Shown: positions 59,535-64,000 of the stretch, one piece after another
Layout: each line of letters begins with the position of its first letter
Position numbering within the stretch: the first letter of the stretch is position 1
Origin: an uncultured Clostridia bacterium
GTDB lineage: Bacteria > Bacillota > Clostridia > Christensenellales > UBA1242
Assembly: GCA_947589025.1 (NCBI GenBank)
Contig: CANQAY010000004.1
Location: 32,430-96,429, forward strand
Length of the DNA stretch: 64,000 bases
Direction of reading: 5' to 3'
Notes under the pieces: model-generated
What the model was told of the DNA's origin: nothing
The model's database searches: none
The model's input: only the letters and a program-made list of their open reading frames with translations
Translations under genes and position numbers: made by a program

Positions 59535-60575
59535 ATGTCAAACAATTATTATTTAGATAGAAACCGCAACAATATGCGCAAATTAAATGAAATGTTAAAG
59601 GACTTGCCAACATTTTGTAGCATTTTCTTTATAGGCATACAAGATACCACAACACCATTAACCAGAATTAATTATGCTGTAGACTTAAAAACCTTTTTTA
59701 CTTACCTTACAACTTATGAAAGCGACTTTTTAAATAAGCCTTTTAACCAAATAACCATTGCCGATTTAGATAATGTTACCTCCCAAACCATTGAGCGCTA
59801 TATGGCCTATTTATCATATTACGATAAAGAAAATGGCGTTGTAATCACCAATTCTGAGCGTGGTAAACTGAGAAAACTATCCAGTTTGCGGGCATTTTTT
59901 AAATACTTTTTTAATAAAGATATGCTTAAAGCAAATGTGGCAAGCAAAGTTAGCTCACCCAAATTGCATGAAAAACCCATCATAAAACTAGAGCCGCAAG
60001 AAACACAAGAACTTATGTATTTTTGCGAAACCTTAAATGGATTTTCTAATCATCAACAAAAATATAATGAAAAATTTAAAATTAGGGATAATGCCATAAT
60101 TTCACTATTTTTAACTACGGGGATACGTGTTAGCGAATGTGTTGGCCTTAATATTGATGACTTTAACTTTACCCTTAATTCGTTTAGAGTTACAAGAAAA
60201 GGCGGCAACCAAGTTATATTATATTTTGGTGAAGAAACCTCCAAAATTTTGCAAGATTATTTAAAGTATAGAGACAGTTTAAATGTGCCAAAAGAAGAAC
60301 GCGCCATGTTTTTATCTAGCCAAAATAAGCGCATGATGGTTCGAACTATGGAATATTTAGTTAAAAAATATACTAAATTGGCCACCCCTTTAAAAAACAT
60401 TACCCCACACAAACTGCGCTCTACTTATGGCACAAATTTGTATAATGAAACAAAAGACATTTACATTGTTGCCGAAGTTTTGGGCCACAAAGATGTTAAC
60501 ACAACCAAAAAACACTATGCCGCAATTAGCGATGATATCAGGCGTTCTGTTGCAGGAAAGGTAAAATTAAAATAG
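59535..60575 (+). CDS. Tyrosine recombinase, XerS/XerC-like
   Basis: Complete catalytic set TGIRVSE, RKGG, TPHKLR, LGH, HY; 346 aa; next to lexA as in clostridial ynbB-xer-lexA clusters. Confidence 0.9.
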   Translation: MSNNYYLDRNRNNMRKLNEMLKDLPTFCSIFFIGIQDTTTPLTRINYAVDLKTFFTYLTTYESDFLNKPFNQITIADLDNVTSQTIERYMAYLSYYDKENGVVITNSERGKLRKLSSLRAFFKYFFNKDMLKANVASKVSSPKLHEKPIIKLEPQETQELMYFCETLNGFSNHQQKYNEKFKIRDNAIISLFLTTGIRVSECVGLNIDDFNFTLNSFRVTRKGGNQVILYFGEETSKILQDYLKYRDSLNVPKEERAMFLSSQNKRMMVRTMEYLVKKYTKLATPLKNITPHKLRSTYGTNLYNETKDIYIVAEVLGHKDVNTTKKHYAAISDDIRRSVAGKVKLK

Positions 60576-60648
60576 ATTTTGTGTATTATACATTTTAAAT
60601 ACACAACATTCAGTTTAAATTTAAAAAATAATTTAATATAGTGTCTTT

Positions 60649-60699
60649 CGAAAAAATTTTCGAAAAATATCGAACAAATGTTTGACAAACAATTGTTTT
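60649..60699. promoter_or_regulatory. LexA boxes in the lexA promoter
   Basis: CGAACAAATGTTTG (60671), CAAACAATTGTTTT (60686), CGAAAAAATTTTCG (60649), around TTGACA (60682)..TATTAT. Confidence 0.75.
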
Positions 60700-60730
60700 T
60701 TTGCTATTATAAAATTAATTAAGGAGCAAT

Positions 60731-61318
60731 ATGAATAAAACTGAACAAACTTATGAATTTATCACTAAATACATAGAAAACAATAAATACCCCCCTACTA
60801 TTAGGGAAATTTGTGATAATTTGAACTTGGATTCCACTTCAAGTGCGGTTTATCATTTAAAAAAACTTGAAAAAATGGGCAAAATTTTAAGAGGCACAAA
60901 CAAAAACCGTGCCATTGAATTAGCTCACAACAACCTAAACAATGGCATTACCCTTTCAGTTGTTGGTGAAATTGCCGCCGGCACCCCAATTTTGGCCGAG
61001 CAAAATTTGATTGATAGTTTTGTTGTTTCTGAAAATCTTTTTACGGGTAAAGACATGTTTGTGTTAAAAGTTAAAGGTGATAGCATGATAAATGTTGGCA
61101 TATATAATGGCGATTACGTTGTAATTTCTAAACAATCTGTGGCAAATAATGGTGAAATTGTTGCCTGTTTAATTGACAACGAAGCCACCGTGAAACGCTA
61201 TTATAAAGAAAATGGCTTTTTTAGGCTTCAACCAGAAAATTCGTTTATGCAGCCAATTTACACCACTCAATTGGAAATTTTGGGCAAAGTTGTAGGCTTA
61301 ATAAGAAATAACATTTAA
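60731..61318 (+). CDS. lexA: SOS repressor LexA
   Basis: YPPTIREI, VG.IAAG.P cleavage site, V.GDSM (Ser), EATVK (Lys), RLQPEN. Confidence 0.97.
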   Translation: MNKTEQTYEFITKYIENNKYPPTIREICDNLNLDSTSSAVYHLKKLEKMGKILRGTNKNRAIELAHNNLNNGITLSVVGEIAAGTPILAEQNLIDSFVVSENLFTGKDMFVLKVKGDSMINVGIYNGDYVVISKQSVANNGEIVACLIDNEATVKRYYKENGFFRLQPENSFMQPIYTTQLEILGKVVGLIRNNI

Positions 61319-61347
61319 AAATAAAGGTTATATAATCTTTATTTTTT
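61317..61347 (+). terminator. Terminator after lexA
   Basis: AAAAATAAAGGTT-ATAT-AATCTTTATTTTT. Confidence 0.65.
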
Positions 61348-61412
61348 ATTTTAAATTGTTTGCTTATTATTAAATAAATATATATAATTTATATATATGC
61401 ATAAGAGGTGTT

Positions 61413-62600
61413 ATGAAAACAACAGATTTAATACCCTTAATTCTTTTAGAATTAAATGAAAGTGATAAATATGGCTTTGAATTAACAAAGGCTATAGAAA
61501 CAAAATCTAGTGGCAAAATTGTAATTAAACAGCCCACCCTATACACTATTTTAAAGAAGTTGGAAAAATCCAAGTTCATAACTTCTTATTGGGAAGATAG
61601 CGAAATTGGTGGCAAGCGCCATTATTATAAAATTACCGAAAACGGCAAAGCATTAATTAGCACTTTGCCTAATTACTCCACCCTGCTTTCTAACATATCA
61701 AACGATGAGGCTGACGACGCTGAAGTTGGCCAAGAGTTTGATAGCCAAAATAGCAACATAATGGCAGATGGTGCACCAAATGAAGAGCAACAAGAAACCG
61801 AAATCAACGCAGAACCAGAACAGGTAGTTTTTGAACAAGAACTTAAAGAGTCTGCTCTGCCTAGTGAAGAAATTTTTAAAGATGATTCAGTTGACACTTT
61901 AACTGAACACGAACTTAATTCTATGAATAGCAGCATTTTAAAAGATGATAAAGTGAACAATGAACAACAATTTGCGGCTAACGAAAGTGTTTCTAAATTT
62001 ACTGAAACAAAATCGGCAGAAATTAGTGATGAATATAAAACAAAGTTAAAAACTGTTTCTAACAGCACATTATTTGGTTTGGAACCTGCCACGCCAAAAG
62101 AAGATGAAGAGAAAAATGTTAAATTTGTTGAATATTCTAACATTAAATCTGCCCCAAATTACATATACTCAAACAAAATGGCAAAAAACATGCTGTATCG
62201 CATAATTTCAAGCTCTGCCTATCTTTTATTTATGCTTATTTTCACCTCCATTATTGTGGGGTTTACTGGCAGCGGCGCTTTATATTATTTATTTTTAATT
62301 ATTGGAATTTTAGCCTTAGTGTTGTTTCCTGCCATATATGCTTTTAATTATGATAAATTTAAACAAAAATGCCAAAATAAACAATATAAATTGAACTTAA
62401 AAAAACAAATTATATTTGCCCTATCGTTTATGTTGGCCGTTCTTTTAATGTGCTTTATTGTAAACCTATGCATGGGCGTAAGTTTCTTTAAAATATTTGC
62501 TAGTTTTGCCAATTTTTATGCCCCATTGTTAATTTCAAGTTGTGTTTGTATGGACATTCTATTTTCTTACTTGTTCGTTTTTAAAAATTTAAAGGATTAG
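61413..62600 (+). CDS. PadR-family wHTH fused to an acidic linker and a 4-TM membrane domain
   Basis: IL.EL...DKYGFEL, TLY.ILKKLE, I.SYW, RHYY.ITE.G; D/E-rich middle; four C-terminal hydrophobic helices. Confidence 0.85.
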   Translation: MKTTDLIPLILLELNESDKYGFELTKAIETKSSGKIVIKQPTLYTILKKLEKSKFITSYWEDSEIGGKRHYYKITENGKALISTLPNYSTLLSNISNDEADDAEVGQEFDSQNSNIMADGAPNEEQQETEINAEPEQVVFEQELKESALPSEEIFKDDSVDTLTEHELNSMNSSILKDDKVNNEQQFAANESVSKFTETKSAEISDEYKTKLKTVSNSTLFGLEPATPKEDEEKNVKFVEYSNIKSAPNYIYSNKMAKNMLYRIISSSAYLLFMLIFTSIIVGFTGSGALYYLFLIIGILALVLFPAIYAFNYDKFKQKCQNKQYKLNLKKQIIFALSFMLAVLLMCFIVNLCMGVSFFKIFASFANFYAPLLISSCVCMDILFSYLFVFKNLKD

Positions 62601-62607
62601 GAGATTT

Positions 62608-63540
62608 ATGATACCTGTTTTAAGCGTTAAAAACATTACAAAGGTGTATGGAACAAAAAAGGTTGTAAAAAATGTTTCATTTAGTTTGTATCCCGGGCAA
62701 ATTTTTGGTTTTGTTGGGCCTAACGGTGCCGGAAAGTCTACTACTATTAGAATGATTACTGGCCTTACTTTGCCAACAAGTGGAAGCATAAGAATTTGCG
62801 GATACAGCATAACAAAAAGCTTTAAACAAGCAATTTCTAATGTTGGTGCAGTAGTTGAAATGCCTCAACTATACCCTTACCTCTCGGGTGAAAAAAACTT
62901 AAAACTTTATGCAAAATTTTATGGCAAGGCGGCAGTAAAGCGCATCCCTCAAATTGTTAAATTGGTTGGCATGGAAAACCGAATTAAAGATAAAGTATCG
63001 GCATATTCTTTAGGCATGAAGCAACGTTTGGGCATTGCTCAGGCATTGTTAAACAAACCAAAACTTTTAATTTTGGACGAACCAACTAACGGCCTTGACC
63101 CTAATGGAATTGTTGAAATGCGCAACATTTTAAAAATTCTTGCAGAAAAAGAAAACATAACTATTATTATTTCCAGCCATAATTTAGCCGAACTTGAACA
63201 AACTTGTGATGTTATTGGCTTAATAAACAATGGTTCGCTTATTGAATATAAAACCATGGCAGAAATAGATAAAATGATTGAAAATGAACAAAAAATTCAA
63301 TTTTTGTGCAATTACCCTAACTATGCGGCAATGCTTGTTAAAAAGAAATTTAAATTAATGAGCAAAGTGGTTGGCAATTCAATTTTGTTGCCTTTAAAAG
63401 AAAAAGATATTGCAACTGTAGTTTCTTATTTAACCAACAACAAAATTAAAATTTATAGCATAAAGAAAATTCAAAAAACCTTAGAAGAATTATACTTTGA
63501 ATTGCTTAACAGCACTCGCTCATCGTCTAGCATATTATAG
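62608..63540 (+). CDS. ABC transporter ATP-binding protein (BcrA/exporter type)
   Basis: GPNGAGKST, YSLGMKQRL, LILDEPTNGLDP, SSH. Confidence 0.95.
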   Translation: MIPVLSVKNITKVYGTKKVVKNVSFSLYPGQIFGFVGPNGAGKSTTIRMITGLTLPTSGSIRICGYSITKSFKQAISNVGAVVEMPQLYPYLSGEKNLKLYAKFYGKAAVKRIPQIVKLVGMENRIKDKVSAYSLGMKQRLGIAQALLNKPKLLILDEPTNGLDPNGIVEMRNILKILAEKENITIIISSHNLAELEQTCDVIGLINNGSLIEYKTMAEIDKMIENEQKIQFLCNYPNYAAMLVKKKFKLMSKVVGNSILLPLKEKDIATVVSYLTNNKIKIYSIKKIQKTLEELYFELLNSTRSSSSIL

Positions 63541-63547
63541 GAGATTT

Positions 63548-64000
63548 ATGTTTAAAGTTATTAATGCGGAAATTAAAAAAATGTTATCTAAGCCCGGTAT
63601 TTACATATTGGCTGTTGTTTTGGCAGTTATTTTAATATTGGGCGCCTTTATTTATAAACCCACAGTTTATGAAGATACAACTATAATCTTAAATGGTCAA
63701 GATTTTACAACTAAATATAACAGCTTTACAAACGGCATTAAAGTTGATGTGGATAGTTCAATTGAAGAAACTGTTTCAAAAATAAGCAGCTACTCTATTG
63801 TAGAGAATGACAAAACATTAACCTATAAAGATAAGATTGCAAGCATAAAAAAGGATCTTGAAGATCATCTAAAAGATTATGCTAGCAGCCAACAAAAAGA
63901 GCTTCCTGAAGACACAATTATTAGATATCAAAACAATGTGGTTAATACATTAACCAATTTAAAAGATACCGTTATTAATGGCGTTGACAATATAAAAAAA
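63548..64000 (+). CDS. ABC transporter permease (partial, runs off the window)
   Basis: AGGAG SD; MFKVINAEIKKMLSKPGIYILAVVLAVILILG matches ABC-2 permease N-termini; frame open to window end. Confidence 0.75.
   Translation, partial: MFKVINAEIKKMLSKPGIYILAVVLAVILILGAFIYKPTVYEDTTIILNGQDFTTKYNSFTNGIKVDVDSSIEETVSKISSYSIVENDKTLTYKDKIASIKKDLEDHLKDYASSQQKELPEDTIIRYQNNVVNTLTNLKDTVINGVDNIKK

Noticed and set aside
59535-60575. Recombinase as a prophage/ICE integrase
   Set aside because: No phage or conjugation genes or att sites; ynbB-xer-lexA is a housekeeping context
145-63257. Numerous short antisense and alternate-frame ORFs in the track (e.g. 974-1624, 16880-17425, 28404-29021)
   Set aside because: They are shadows of well-supported genes, with no SD or promoter and no recognisable motifs

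Overview
Core-chromosome segment of a low-GC, spore-forming Clostridia-like bacterium (inferred from the spoIIIAA-AH operon and clostridial gene orders) that looks streamlined. About 57 kb of almost entirely + strand housekeeping genes: rimM-trmD-rbgA-rnhB-yraN, rplS, comM-dprA-topA-trmFO-hslVU, iscS, rpsB-tsf-frr-uppS-cdsA-rseP, rimP-nusA-infB-rbfA-truB, efp-spoIIIA-nusB-xseAB-proS, tRNA-Glu, comEC-holA, murI-glmS and miaB-mutS-mutL-miaA-ynbB. These converge on a 680-bp intergenic region, followed by serS(-), an XerS/XerC-like recombinase, lexA and a PadR-membrane fusion/ABC operon. Two things stand out. (1) The intergenic region at about 56.87-57.51 kb, probably the replication terminus, holds a mirror-symmetric ~400-bp element. 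It has a perfect 14+6+14 bp difSL-like palindrome at the centre, DnaA-box-like 9-mers around it, and two pairs of a second 25-bp palindrome symmetrically outside. Lone half-sites of the central motif recur nearby and in the recombinase promoter. (2) At the polC locus there is a 506-aa 'mini-PolC' that keeps the N-terminal domains, OB fold and an intact proofreading exonuclease, lacks PHP and polymerase domains, and has a QxxLF clamp-binding-like motif. Also seen: many apparently leaderless genes, a LexA box before comM-dprA identical to the one at lexA, a cysteine-depleted IscU, a cupin pseudogene, and absence of pyrH, dxr, ispG, ispA/dxs, codY, xerC, ribF and hfq from their usual positions. 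All calls come from reading sequence and motifs by eye; no searches were run.
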